Made by a program: the position numbers and the translations under genes. Shown here piece by piece: positions 9,984 through 20,067 of a DNA stretch of 64,000 nucleotides (within the stretch, counting starts at the first letter, position 1; the number at the start of each line of letters is the position of its first letter). The notes under the pieces are model-generated. The model searched no databases, was not told where the DNA came from, and saw only the letters and a list, made by a program, of their open reading frames with translations. The stretch comes from Candidatus Latescibacterota bacterium. GTDB lineage: Bacteria > Latescibacterota > UBA2968 > GCA-2709665. Where the stretch lies: assembly GCA_965219455.1 (NCBI GenBank), contig OZ244744.1, positions 5,600,001-5,664,000 of the forward strand, given 5' to 3'.

Positions 9984-11081
9984 TCAATCCAACGCCACGC
10001 CGTGCGCTTCCAGCATTTCCGGGTTCAATTCCACGCCGAGGCCAGGACGTCGGCCAGGGCGGATGCGGCCATTGACGATTTCTTCCGAAGGGACGGTCAA
10101 TTCGCTTCGCCACGGTATCTCGCCCCAACCATATTCCAGAATCAAAAAACCGGGGTGCGTGGCCATTACCTGCATCCCGGCGCTTATGGCGACCGGTCCG
10201 AACGGACCGTGCGGCGCCGTGGGTACGCCAAACGCCTCCGCCATCTCCGCGATCGCTCTCAGTTCCGCGATACCCCCCACAACGGTCACGTCGGGCATGA
10301 CCACATCCATCGCTGCGTTTTCCAGAACCTCCCGGAATCCGCCGCGCAACATTCGCTGTTCGCCGCCGGCGGTCCGTAATCCACAACGCCTGTTCACCTC
10401 GACGACGGCATCCATTTTATCTTCTGACACGGACTGCTCAAACCAATAGATATCCAGATCACGCAGCGCGTCGGCGGTCTCCAGGGCACCCCTGACCGTA
10501 AAATGGCTATGGCAGTCAACCAGCAGATCCACGTCCGGTCCGACCGCCTGGCGTACAGCTTGTACGCGAGCGATGCCCAGCCCTGCTTCGGCGGCAGAGT
10601 CTATATTGTGCGACATCTCGTCAAACGGCGCCAACTTGACGGCATCGAAACCCTCGGCGGCTGCCCCGGCCGCGAGCGCCGCGAATTTCTCCGGGCTACG
10701 ATCCGGCGACGCCCTGTTGATGTTGGCGTAGAGACGGATTTCCTCTCGTACCGCGCCTCCCAGCAATGTGTAAACCGGTGCGTCGAGCACCTTGCCCAGA
10801 AGATCCCACAGCGCCTGCTCCAGTGCGCTAACCGCGCTGATCATATCTCTGTCAGACCCAATCCTCGCAAATCTGTGTGAAAAATCCCGAATCTGCCGGG
10901 GATCCCGGCCAAGCAGCCATTCGGCCAGATCCTTTGTGGCCCGTATGCGCCCGGCGTAGTTCCGGCCCGCGCGCAACTCTCCGAGGCCGCGAAGTCCCTC
11001 GTCGGTATTGATGTATACAAAGACCCAGTCCCCCAGGTGGTTCACTCTCACGGCTACAAGATCGACACCTGTAATCTTCAT
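9984..11081 (-). CDS. Mandelate racemase/galactonate dehydratase-like enolase-superfamily enzyme
   Basis: EQALWDLLGK..PVYTLLGG, LYANINR, VDCH, WFEQ, AGGE, APH. Confidence 0.88.
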   Translation of the reverse strand: MKITGVDLVAVRVNHLGDWVFVYINTDEGLRGLGELRAGRNYAGRIRATKDLAEWLLGRDPRQIRDFSHRFARIGSDRDMISAVSALEQALWDLLGKVLDAPVYTLLGGAVREEIRLYANINRASPDRSPEKFAALAAGAAAEGFDAVKLAPFDEMSHNIDSAAEAGLGIARVQAVRQAVGPDVDLLVDCHSHFTVRGALETADALRDLDIYWFEQSVSEDKMDAVVEVNRRCGLRTAGGEQRMLRGGFREVLENAAMDVVMPDVTVVGGIAELRAIAEMAEAFGVPTAPHGPFGPVAISAGMQVMATHPGFLILEYGWGEIPWRSELTVPSEEIVNGRIRPGRRPGLGVELNPEMLEAHGVALD

Positions 11082-11092
11082 TCGACCGACCC

Positions 11093-11216
11093 TATCAGCC
11101 CGTTGGAAAAGTCCATCCGGGCTGCCTGCCTGTGCGTACGCACGCAGACAGGCGCCTTGTCTTCGGCCACAATGACTCGGCCTCGCAGGCAGAGCGACTT
11201 TTTCAACGGACTGCTA
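11093..11216 (+). mobile_element. MITE copy 1 (internally substituted by a CCTGCCTG palindrome)
   Basis: TA-TCAGCCCGTTGGAAAAGTC...GACTTTTTCAACGGACTGC-TA; homologous to copies at 18186, 19931 and 42809. Confidence 0.8.
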
Positions 11217-12281
11217 TGCCCGATAGACTTCGGCGACGCGCGATGCGATCCGTTGCCAGTCCAGTGATTTTGCGCGCGCAAACGCCGCGCAGCCCGCCCT
11301 ATCGAGGTCACATCGTCTGATGTCGAGTAGCGCCTTCGACAGTGCCCCGGTATCTTTAGGGTCGTATAATATGCCCATCGAGTCATCGACCAGCTCCGGC
11401 AGGCATCCCAGCGCCGGCACAATTACCGGTTTGCCGAAAGAAAGTGCAGCGATTACAGATCCGGACGTCAGCACCTGTGAAAACGGCAGCACGACAACGT
11501 CCGCGGCATTCAAGTAAATCTGAAAATCCTCATTTGGAAAAAAAGTGTGCGTAAAAACGTGAATGCGTTCATCCTCTTCCGCCCGGGTGATTACCCGATC
11601 GGCGTGACTTCCGTCGAAGGCCCTTCGGGTCATGATGGCAAGCCGTGTGTCGGCGGCCGCACATTCAAGATAGGCGTCGATCAGCTTTTCGATCCCCTTA
11701 TAGACCCTGGCATTTCCGAAAAACAGATATACAAAAGCGTCCCCCGGCAGCCGCAGGTGGCGCCGGGCCGCCTCCCGCGAGATCTTGTTGGGAAAAATGT
11801 CGATATAGTGGCCATGTGGAATGACGTGCAGGTGATCGGTACGATAAAACAGCTTGCGTGCAAGACGGGCGCCGTAGTGGCAATGCGCAATCATTCCGTC
11901 CGCCAACCGCCCTACGATCAGCCGTGCCAGATGATCCAGATCCGGAAACGGCCGCTCGTGCGGATACCGGTTGTGCAATGTCCAAACGACCCGGTACCCC
12001 AGATCCTTGGCGAAAGCTAAATTGTCTGTAAAACGGTTGAGCCGGGAAACCGATTGCTCCAGGGTGTCATCCCGGTAGAACCAGTGAAGCCAATTCAGAT
12101 GCAATACGGAGTAGTCGTTTCGCGCGTCTTTCAGCCAATCCCGGCCGAAAGCGTAATCGCCCAGTTCGAGGTGGATGTCCAGCTTTGCCAAATCGCGAGC
12201 AAGCAGCGGCCCATAGGGATTGCATTTGTCATGAAGTGCCAGACCGCCAGCCCTGGCTTCCCAGAAAAAGAAAGCCCGCAT
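11214..12281 (-). CDS. Glycosyltransferase, GT4 family
   Basis: VWTLHN, IPHGHY, FFGNARVYKG, LTSGSVIAALSFGKPVI. Confidence 0.88.
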   Translation of the reverse strand: MRAFFFWEARAGGLALHDKCNPYGPLLARDLAKLDIHLELGDYAFGRDWLKDARNDYSVLHLNWLHWFYRDDTLEQSVSRLNRFTDNLAFAKDLGYRVVWTLHNRYPHERPFPDLDHLARLIVGRLADGMIAHCHYGARLARKLFYRTDHLHVIPHGHYIDIFPNKISREAARRHLRLPGDAFVYLFFGNARVYKGIEKLIDAYLECAAADTRLAIMTRRAFDGSHADRVITRAEEDERIHVFTHTFFPNEDFQIYLNAADVVVLPFSQVLTSGSVIAALSFGKPVIVPALGCLPELVDDSMGILYDPKDTGALSKALLDIRRCDLDRAGCAAFARAKSLDWQRIASRVAEVYRA

Positions 12282-12284
12282 CGT

Positions 12285-13229
12285 TCAATATCCCTTTTTT
12301 TTGTCTATAACGCTCAACAATGGCTGTCCGGCGTCCAAACGTTTCAGATTTTCACAAAACAGGTTCACAATGCGATCCTGTCTGTTGGGCGACCCGCCGG
12401 CGGTATGCGGGGTAATCAGCACGTTATCCAGTTTCCACAGCGGATGGTCCGGGGGGAGTGGTTCAACGGGCGCGACATCCAGTCCCGCCCCTGCGATCAA
12501 CCCTTGTGCCAGCGCACCGACCAGTGCACTTTCATCCATTATTCCCCCTCGCGTCACATTGATCAACAGCGCACTGGATTTCATGGAACGAAACGCGTCT
12601 TCGTCGAACATACCCCGGGTATCCGGCGTCAGGGGCGCGCAAACGGCCACGACGTCGGACAATGTCAGAAGGTGGTGGAACCGGTCCATTTTCCAGCAGG
12701 ACGCAACGCATTCGGGTACATCCACGTCTTCGGGGTCCACCGCCGCCACCCGCATTCCGAACGCGCTCGCTCTGATGGCAAGTTCACGCCCGGTTCCGCC
12801 CAGACCCACGATTCCCATCGTCCGGTCGACCAGTTCCCAACTCGCGTTCCGGATCGCCATGCGCTGGTCCCACCCGGGCCTCTGTACGGCCCAGGCGATA
12901 CCCCGCGTAAGCCCCAACAACAACGCCATGGCGTGTTCGGCCAGATGCACGCCAACCGTTCCTCGACCACTTGTCAATACAACATTGCTGTCCACAAACG
13001 CCTTGAATAACTGCCCGTCGACACCGGCGCCCCAGGTCTGCACCCACCGAAGTCGTTCCCCCCGCCGGAACATATCCGGACTCAGACTGCCAAAGACCAC
13101 CTCCGCCTGTGGCATGACCTTCAGCAGGTCGGCTTCGGATTCCGGCGTCACCAATTCCACACCTTCAACCGCCGACCGAATCTGTCCCCGGTGATGATCC
13201 GTCAACTCCACGCGCAACAGTATTTTCAT
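12285..13229 (-). CDS. D-2-hydroxyacid dehydrogenase
   Basis: GIVGLGGTG, LINVTRG, AGLDV..EPLP..ITPHTAG. Confidence 0.92.
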   Translation of the reverse strand: MKILLRVELTDHHRGQIRSAVEGVELVTPESEADLLKVMPQAEVVFGSLSPDMFRRGERLRWVQTWGAGVDGQLFKAFVDSNVVLTSGRGTVGVHLAEHAMALLLGLTRGIAWAVQRPGWDQRMAIRNASWELVDRTMGIVGLGGTGRELAIRASAFGMRVAAVDPEDVDVPECVASCWKMDRFHHLLTLSDVVAVCAPLTPDTRGMFDEDAFRSMKSSALLINVTRGGIMDESALVGALAQGLIAGAGLDVAPVEPLPPDHPLWKLDNVLITPHTAGGSPNRQDRIVNLFCENLKRLDAGQPLLSVIDKKKGY

Positions 13230-13274
13230 ATCGATGTCTCGGATCCGAAATGTGAGATTGCCCGTCGGTCTTGG

Positions 13275-14522
13275 TTAGAATACCTCTTCCGCGGAGGCGC
13301 GAACGGCGGCTGCCAGAGCATCGATTTTCTCTTCCGGAAACCAGGGATTGACGCTGGTCAGAAGGAGAACTCGCTGGAGCAGATCTTCCGTTCGGGGGCA
13401 CAGACCGGGGCCGTACGTAACCTCGCCGTCGTACACCGGCGACTTCCAGGGATTCGCGTGGGGTGACGCCGTGGCCTGGTTCCGGATGGGCGGCCCCATG
13501 TAGACCGGCTTCCCGCCGTAGCCCAAACCGGCTGAAAACCCCCGGGCACGCATCGCCTTCGCAAACCGCGCGCAGGTGTGTCGATCTTCAAAGACGAGAT
13601 CCCAGTGCACCCCGAGATGGCCGTCTTCGTCGTTTGTCGGCCTGATATTCACCCCGGGCACGCCGGCAACACCCTCCTGGAATCGCCGGAATTTACTACG
13701 CAGGGTCTCTACAACGTCTTCCATCTTCTTAAGCTGCGTAAGCGCAACCGCCCCGGACATCTCGGGCATTCTGAAATTCTCGCCCACGAACGGCTCCAGG
13801 GTTGGCTCGAATCCTGGAAATCGTGTCTTTTCTCGAAACAGCCCCTGGTCGTGGTAGCGCACGGCGCGTTCGTAGAGTTCCGCGCTGTCGGACAACACCA
13901 CACCACCCTCTCCCGAAGTGATAATCTTGCCAAATTGCAGGCTGAACGCGCCCAGATCGCCCCAGGTCCCTATGGCCTTACCTTTGTACGTCGCGCCCGC
14001 ACTCTGAGAGCAATCTTCGATCACCTTCAGGCCGTACCTTTCCGCAATGTCCACTATGCCATCCATCCTGCACGGTGTCCCCCACAGATGAACGGGCAGA
14101 ATCGCCTTCGTCCGGGGCGTGATTCTGGCTTCGATGGCGTCCGGATCGAGCGTCATTGACCGGTCAACTTCGGCAAAGATCGGCACACCCCCGAGGAGGA
14201 CAACTGCCCCCGGTGTGGCCACGAATGTGACCGCGGGCATAATCACCTCGTCACCCGGGCCGACGCCCGCGGCAACCAGGGCCACTTTGATCGCAGCGGT
14301 TCCGGATGTGACCCCCAGGGCGTATGCGGAATCCATTTTTCGGGCAAAGCCCTGTTCAAAACGCGCCACCATGTCGAGACGGTCGGGACCGTAGTCCCTT
14401 GAAAGTGATCGACTCTTTATGACTGCCAGAACTTCCTGCACCTCCTCGTCGTCGAGCACGGAAGCCCCTGCGTGGAGACTCCGTACCGGACTCTCCGGAG
14501 GTAACGACCGCTGTTTTGCCAT
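13275..14522 (-). CDS. DegT/DnrJ/EryC1/StrS PLP aminotransferase
   Basis: SGTAAI, PVHLWG, IEDCSQS, FSLQFGKIITSGEGG. Confidence 0.92.
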   Translation of the reverse strand: MAKQRSLPPESPVRSLHAGASVLDDEEVQEVLAVIKSRSLSRDYGPDRLDMVARFEQGFARKMDSAYALGVTSGTAAIKVALVAAGVGPGDEVIMPAVTFVATPGAVVLLGGVPIFAEVDRSMTLDPDAIEARITPRTKAILPVHLWGTPCRMDGIVDIAERYGLKVIEDCSQSAGATYKGKAIGTWGDLGAFSLQFGKIITSGEGGVVLSDSAELYERAVRYHDQGLFREKTRFPGFEPTLEPFVGENFRMPEMSGAVALTQLKKMEDVVETLRSKFRRFQEGVAGVPGVNIRPTNDEDGHLGVHWDLVFEDRHTCARFAKAMRARGFSAGLGYGGKPVYMGPPIRNQATASPHANPWKSPVYDGEVTYGPGLCPRTEDLLQRVLLLTSVNPWFPEEKIDALAAAVRASAEEVF

Positions 14523-14540
14523 CCCGATTTCTCCCTTGCG

Positions 14541-15953
14541 TCATGCCGGCCAGACAGGACTCAGAAAATCGCCGGTTTCATGCATCCAACCGGCGAGTTG
14601 CGTTCTCAGGTCGTCTCGCGCCGCCCTGTAATTCGGGTCTTGAGCGAGATTTCGCATCTCGTGCGAATCCGCTTTACGATCGAAGAGCTGATCCACGTCG
14701 CGATGGTGATAGATGTATTTATATGCGCCCGTCACCACGCCCCGGGTGTGGACCCCGCCGCGAACGTAACCGTTGAACTCTACAAACGCAGCGTTACCGG
14801 AATGCACACGGGCATCCGTCAGATCCGGCATCAGGCTCCTGCCTTGCACCCGGCACATCGGCGGCAGGTCCAGCAGATCCAGAATGGTCGGCGGCAGGTC
14901 CACGTGGGAACCGAAACCCCCTCGATTGCCGGGATCGATGCCGGGCGCGGATACCATAAATGGCAACTGGATGGATTCCGCGTAAAGCACACCCTTCTGA
15001 TAGAGGTTGTGCGCGCCGAGCATTTCGCCGTGGTCGCAGGTAAAGATCACAACTGTATTTTCCGCCCGCCCGGAAGCCTCCAGACCGTCCAGCACAGTGG
15101 CCACGCAGACGTCCAGGAATGCCACAAACCCCCAGTACGTCGCCGTTGCCAACGCCCAGCGTTCCCAGGGCCAGTCGCGCACGCACTGCGCCCCGGCTGC
15201 GTTCCGAACCGGACCCGGCAGGGCATCCATGTTCTCGCCGAAGCTTGTTGGAGGCACCATCTCTTCCGGCGAAAACATACTGTAATACGGTTCCGGAACC
15301 AGAATGGGGGGATGGGGACCACCCAGCGAACACCAGGCGGCAAACGGGCGGTCGGCCGGCGCCGAACGGATGAACTCGCTCACATTTCGCGCGATAGCCA
15401 TATCCGGGTGTGCGTCAGCCGGTTCCATCCAGCGTGCCGGCACCGGCGTACTGATGCCCCAATCGTGCATCGCCCCACTGTCCGTAGGCGTGGAGACAGG
15501 CGCCCTTTGATCACCGTCTTTCCCCCCTTGCGCAATCAGCATTCGCAAGTGGTCCTGGTAGGGGAAGCCGCGCGGCGCAAAGCGGGCGTATTCCCCGCAC
15601 CGGTCGTCCTCCGGCCGCCGGTTGACATGCCAGATTCCTTCGTATCCGACGTGATAGCCATAATCCATCAGGACGTCAGTCAGCAATTGCTCCCCGGCGT
15701 TGATTGTTTCGTATCCCGGTCCGAATGTCGTCGCGCCGTGCGCGTGCGGCCAGCGGCCGGTCATCATGGACGGGCGTGTAGGCACACACAGCGGGGTTGC
15801 GCAGTAAAACTCCTGAAATACTGCGCTTCGCTCGGCCAGCCGGTCGAGACGAGGCGTCGGAAGCCGACCACCGTAGGTACCCAACGTTTGACGTTGGAGT
15901 TGATCGCACAGAATCACGACCAGATTTTTGGATCCGCTCCCGGACATGTCCAA
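14541..15953 (-). CDS. Sulfatase (Cys-type formylglycine)
   Basis: VILCDQL, CVPTR (CxPxR) then SMMTGR, GPHPP, CDHGEMLGAH..KG. Confidence 0.92.
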   Translation of the reverse strand: MDMSGSGSKNLVVILCDQLQRQTLGTYGGRLPTPRLDRLAERSAVFQEFYCATPLCVPTRPSMMTGRWPHAHGATTFGPGYETINAGEQLLTDVLMDYGYHVGYEGIWHVNRRPEDDRCGEYARFAPRGFPYQDHLRMLIAQGGKDGDQRAPVSTPTDSGAMHDWGISTPVPARWMEPADAHPDMAIARNVSEFIRSAPADRPFAAWCSLGGPHPPILVPEPYYSMFSPEEMVPPTSFGENMDALPGPVRNAAGAQCVRDWPWERWALATATYWGFVAFLDVCVATVLDGLEASGRAENTVVIFTCDHGEMLGAHNLYQKGVLYAESIQLPFMVSAPGIDPGNRGGFGSHVDLPPTILDLLDLPPMCRVQGRSLMPDLTDARVHSGNAAFVEFNGYVRGGVHTRGVVTGAYKYIYHHRDVDQLFDRKADSHEMRNLAQDPNYRAARDDLRTQLAGWMHETGDFLSPVWPA

Positions 15954-16079
15954 CCTGCCACCGCTGCGTTTCTGAATCCGGATTGACGGGTTTCCCGTTC
16001 AGAATTCCCGGACTTTATTTCGTACGTTCACTTATTTGATTAATTTCGAATCCGATCCGATGATTCAGGTACAACGCGA

Positions 16080-16742
16080 CTACGTGTCGTCGGCGTTAGC
16101 CAGCACCAGAGAAACCGCAAGCCAACCCCCTACCGGAATGATATTCGAAACCAGGCGCGGATGTTCCGCCACACGTCTGTTGTATTCCTGGATCCCGCGC
16201 CTGCCGTCTCCAGCGTCCAGCGCTTCGTGCACATGGCCGTGGCCGTTGGCGTTGTCGGCCACGATCAGGCCCCCGACCCTTGTATTCTCCAATGCAAAGT
16301 CCAGATACACCGGATAGTTTTCTTTGTCCGCATCGATAAATACGAGATCGAACGGCCCGTCACACACCATGTTTCCCATCGATACGGCCCCTTTTCCGAC
16401 GCGTACTTCCGTCCGATCCGCCAGCCCTGCCGCGGCAAAATTCGCCCGGGATACGTCGGCGTGTTTCGGATCCACCTCGAGCGAAACAAAACGCCCATCG
16501 TCCGGCAGCGCCCGCGCCAGCCAGATCCCCGAGTAGCCGGCGAGAGAACCGAATTCCAGGATTTTTTTCGCACCGATTGCTTTCGCCAGCAGAAAAAGGG
16601 TTTTACCCGATTCCGGACTGATGGATATTCGCGGGAGCCCCTGCGTTACAGCATGGGGCATTACATCCTTCAACACCTCGTCTTCCCGCGCGAACATCTC
16701 TCGCCGATAGGTGTCAGGATCGGGATATGTCGATTCAGCCAC
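16080..16742 (-). CDS. SAM-dependent O-methyltransferase (caffeoyl-CoA/MdmC-like)
   Basis: ILEFGSLAGYSGIW, FDLVFIDADKENY, IVADN; GTG start with SD GAGGT. Confidence 0.9.
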   Translation of the reverse strand: MAESTYPDPDTYRREMFAREDEVLKDVMPHAVTQGLPRISISPESGKTLFLLAKAIGAKKILEFGSLAGYSGIWLARALPDDGRFVSLEVDPKHADVSRANFAAAGLADRTEVRVGKGAVSMGNMVCDGPFDLVFIDADKENYPVYLDFALENTRVGGLIVADNANGHGHVHEALDAGDGRRGIQEYNRRVAEHPRLVSNIIPVGGWLAVSLVLANADDT

Positions 16743-16800
16743 GTCGACTACCTCAATTGAATACGCCCGCAATCACGGCATGCGATTTTCAGAAACTGTC

Positions 16801-16970
16801 TTAAGACCCCCGGCGGTCTTCTCGCGGCTACAAAAGCGTCGGTCGGCGTTGGTCAAACCCACCCAAGAGAGGCGAGGGGCGCGCAGCCTCGACACATTAG
16901 ATAGGGGCGGGTTCTCCCGCCTGGACCGACACCTTTTCGCTCGCGCTTGGGAACTCACCAGGAATTTTAA
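16801..16970 (-). ncRNA. Candidate 6S RNA-like rod-shaped RNA
   Basis: 170-nt intergenic fold-back with nested stems TTCCTGGTG/CGCCGGGGG, AAAAG/CTTTT, GTCGGTC/GACCGAC, AACCCGCCC/GGGTGGGTT, an internal bubble and a CGAGG/CCTCG apex; G-U pairs work only on the minus strand. Confidence 0.55.
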
Positions 16971-17058
16971 AACAACTTCTCAAATCGACCGCCCTGCGTG
17001 GTCGCAGGCGCCTGTGAGTGGTGTTGTTTTGCGCCAAACCTGCACTGGCATGGCGCCC

Positions 17059-18066
17059 TTACCGGGAATCGGCTCTTGCCTTCATCATATACGCGTGGAA
17101 ATCGATGACGCACCCATCGTTCGAAGCCACCCCGATTCCCTCCACCATTCCCACGGTCGCCAGATTTCGGTGTCCACTGAATTCCGGCTCCGAGCCTTCG
17201 GTGACATACCGGCGGAACCCGTCCAGCAGAACCTCTTCCGGCGGCCGGGCCAGATCCGGAGGAATGACTTCATCTTCGTCCGTACCCGGGGCACGCAGGA
17301 GCAATCCGTTGTCGGCTAACTCGAGGGCGCCGCCATCCAGTTCCACCCTCAAGGCCGACCCGCCCTTGTGGGCCGCGAACGTACAGAGATAACCGCAGGT
17401 CGCCCCACCCTCGAACTCGATCCACGCATGGACGCCGGCGCCACCTTTATATGGACTCCACGGCGGATTGAAACTGTGCCCCCACAAGCGGACGGGATCG
17501 GCGTTGAACAGGTAACGAAGGGTGTCGAGATCGTGTATACCTCGCTCCCAGAGGTAGGCGTGTTCGTCTTCCCCCGAATGGTGAACGCGGGGTCTCCACC
17601 CGAACTTGGTCATCAGCCCGAATACAGGCCGTCCGTATGTGCCCTCCCGCACGAGACGGTTGAGGGTGACATGCGCAGCGGCGTATCTGGCATTCTGGCA
17701 GACGGCCACTCTGACGCCCATGTCATCGGCCTCCCGGACCACCCGGCACGCGTCCGCCAGGCTTTTGGTGAACGGCTTTTCCACCAGAACGTGTTTGCCC
17801 GCCCTAACCGCCTGCAGACACTGTTCGGCGTGTAGCTGCGGGGGGGTAACGACAACAACGGCGTCCGCCTCGACGCTAGTGACAGCATCGATCAGAGACC
17901 GGTAACAAGCGGCTTCAGGCAACCCCGATTCGTCCCGGGCCCACCTCAGATTATCTTCGTTCACATCGACGAGCGCCACGCTCTCGAAGTCCGTCCGTTC
18001 CAGCACGCGGCGAACCGGCCACCTCCCCCTGCCTCCAACACCCAGGTGAATAAGACGAATTGCCAT
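17059..18066 (-). CDS. Gfo/Idh/MocA oxidoreductase
   Basis: HLGVGGRG, TPPQLH, HVLVEKPF, GIHDLD; SD GAGGAGG. Confidence 0.92.
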   Translation of the reverse strand: MAIRLIHLGVGGRGRWPVRRVLERTDFESVALVDVNEDNLRWARDESGLPEAACYRSLIDAVTSVEADAVVVVTPPQLHAEQCLQAVRAGKHVLVEKPFTKSLADACRVVREADDMGVRVAVCQNARYAAAHVTLNRLVREGTYGRPVFGLMTKFGWRPRVHHSGEDEHAYLWERGIHDLDTLRYLFNADPVRLWGHSFNPPWSPYKGGAGVHAWIEFEGGATCGYLCTFAAHKGGSALRVELDGGALELADNGLLLRAPGTDEDEVIPPDLARPPEEVLLDGFRRYVTEGSEPEFSGHRNLATVGMVEGIGVASNDGCVIDFHAYMMKARADSR

Positions 18067-18185
18067 ACCGCCTCCTCGGAAATTTGATTCGGGGGCTAAT
18101 GCCAATGAATATCCGGGCCACGCACAATATAAGGAACTCGTCCGGATGCCGCACAATTTTCCTTTGCCCCGTCGTCACTCAGACA

Positions 18186-18351
18186 TAACAGCCCGTTGAA
18201 AAACTCCATCCGGGTTGCGTCCGGCCCTTGTGGCCGAATTACTGCGTTGCACTCCCTCCCCGAATCCCCCGATTCGACGCGGTCGCGCGCCTTGTCTTCG
18301 GCCACAATGACTCGGCCTCGCCTGCAGAGCGACTTTTTCAACGGACTGATA
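18186..18351 (+). mobile_element. MITE copy 2 (full length, 166 bp including flanking TA)
   Basis: TA-ACAGCCCGTTGAAAAACTC...GACTTTTTCAACGGACTGA-TA. Confidence 0.85.
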
Positions 18352-18453
18352 ACCGTTCTTTATCCGGTTGACATCGATGTCCGAATGCGCTAATAATGTT
18401 CCTGCATCGCGGACGTATCACATATTCTGACTCAGGCCGAGGAAGGAATCCGA

Positions 18454-19944
18454 ATGCTGGACACCGTCGATCTTGCACGAAAATTGACAAAATCCAAATA
18501 TAAAGAACTCATACCGGGTCTCGAACTGAAACTTGGAGATCTTCAGCGAAACGCCAGAAAGTGGAAGATCCCGATCGTCGTCGTTTTTGAGGGCCTGGAG
18601 GCTTCCGGTAAAGGAACCCACACCAACAAGCTGCTGCTGGCGCTGGACCCCAGGGGCTTCAGCGTACACCCAACCCATCCGGCCAATGAGGAAGAGCGCA
18701 GAATGCCCTTCCTGTGGCGTTTCTGGACCAAGATACCCGAAGCAGGGAGAATAGCGATCTTCGACCGATCCTGGTACGGACGCTTTATGGTCGAACGAAT
18801 GGACAAAACGATCGCCGAAGGGGAGTGGGTCCGGGCGTACGAGGAAATCAGATCTTTTGAGAAACAGCTTGTCGATGCAGGCACGGTTATTGTCAAGTTC
18901 TTCCTGCACATTTCCCGGGGGAAACAAAGGAAACGGTTCATGAAGCTTCAGAGCAGCCCGTCAACAGCCTGGCGCATAACCGATTACGACTGGCAGAACC
19001 ACGAGAAATACCACGAATGCCTGGCGGTGGCCACGGAGATGCTGAAAAAAACCCATTCGGAGTTTGCGCCATGGACGCCGGTCGGAGCTGAAGACTGGCG
19101 TTCTGCGAACATCGAGATTTTCGAAACCGTGATTGAAGCCGTTGAAGGAAGAATTCGTCAGCTGGAGAACCCCGACGCCTCCGCCCGACCAAATCCGCCG
19201 AAACTCGGAAAAGCCACCCCGGGCCTGCTGAAGAAAGTCGATCTTTCACGATCTATGAAGAAATCCGACTACCGCAAAGCCCTGAAAAAGTACCAGGCAC
19301 GCATCCAGAACCTGGAACACGAGGTTCACCGCCGCCGCATCCCGGTGGTGCTGGTCTACGAAGGCTGGGATGCCGCGGGCAAGGGCGGCAATATCAAACG
19401 CCTTGTGCAGAATATGGACCCGAGAGGATATGAAGTCATTCCTGTTGCGGCGCCCAACGACTTTGAGATGGACCACCACTATCTCTGGCGATTCTGGAAC
19501 CGAATGCCCAAGACAGGGCACGTGGCTATTTTTGACCGTTCCTGGTACGGAAGGGTCCTGGTTGAACGAATTGAGGGATTTTGTACGGAATCAGAGTGGA
19601 AACGCGCCTACAGGGAAATCAACGAAATGGAAGCACACCTGACCAACTTCGGCGCCGTTCTTCTCAAGTTCTGGATGCACGTGGACAAAAACGAACAGCT
19701 CAACCGGTTCAAGGATCGAAAAAAGAACCCCCACAAGCTGTGGAAGCTCGGTGACGAGGATTGGAGAAACCGTGAGAAGTGGGACGAGTACGAGGAAGCG
19801 GTGGAAGAGATGATCCACCGGACCGGCACACCCAACGCACCGTGGGTGGTTGTCGAATCGAATTCGAAATACTATGCCAGAATCAAGGTGTTGAAAACCG
19901 TTACTCGAAAACTGGAGGCGCGTCTCGGCATAACAGCCCGTTGA
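18454..19944 (+). CDS. pap: Polyphosphate:AMP phosphotransferase (two-domain PPK2, class II)
   Basis: Two PPK2 domains: EGLEASGKG..FDRSWY and EGWDAAGKGG..FDRSWY. Confidence 0.92.
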   Translation: MLDTVDLARKLTKSKYKELIPGLELKLGDLQRNARKWKIPIVVVFEGLEASGKGTHTNKLLLALDPRGFSVHPTHPANEEERRMPFLWRFWTKIPEAGRIAIFDRSWYGRFMVERMDKTIAEGEWVRAYEEIRSFEKQLVDAGTVIVKFFLHISRGKQRKRFMKLQSSPSTAWRITDYDWQNHEKYHECLAVATEMLKKTHSEFAPWTPVGAEDWRSANIEIFETVIEAVEGRIRQLENPDASARPNPPKLGKATPGLLKKVDLSRSMKKSDYRKALKKYQARIQNLEHEVHRRRIPVVLVYEGWDAAGKGGNIKRLVQNMDPRGYEVIPVAAPNDFEMDHHYLWRFWNRMPKTGHVAIFDRSWYGRVLVERIEGFCTESEWKRAYREINEMEAHLTNFGAVLLKFWMHVDKNEQLNRFKDRKKNPHKLWKLGDEDWRNREKWDEYEEAVEEMIHRTGTPNAPWVVVESNSKYYARIKVLKTVTRKLEARLGITAR

Positions 19945-20035
19945 AAAAGTCCATCCGGTCTTCGGCCGGCTCTTGTGACCGAATTACTGCGTTGCTCGGC
20001 CTCGCCTGCAGAGCAACTTTTTTAACGGACTGATA
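19931..20035 (+). mobile_element. MITE copy 3 (internally deleted, 105 bp)
   Basis: TA-ACAGCCCGTTGAAAAAGTC...AACTTTTTTAACGGACTGA-TA; its left end supplies the pap stop codon. Confidence 0.82.
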
Positions 20036-20067
20036 AGGCACTGAACCTGTATCCGAGGAGAGTTTCG

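Noticed and set aside
14580-15986. Long antisense ORFs (e.g. 14580-15986, 47329-49149, 32466-33476, 5635-6627)
   Set aside because: Shadow frames of well-supported genes in high-GC DNA; no motifs or RBS
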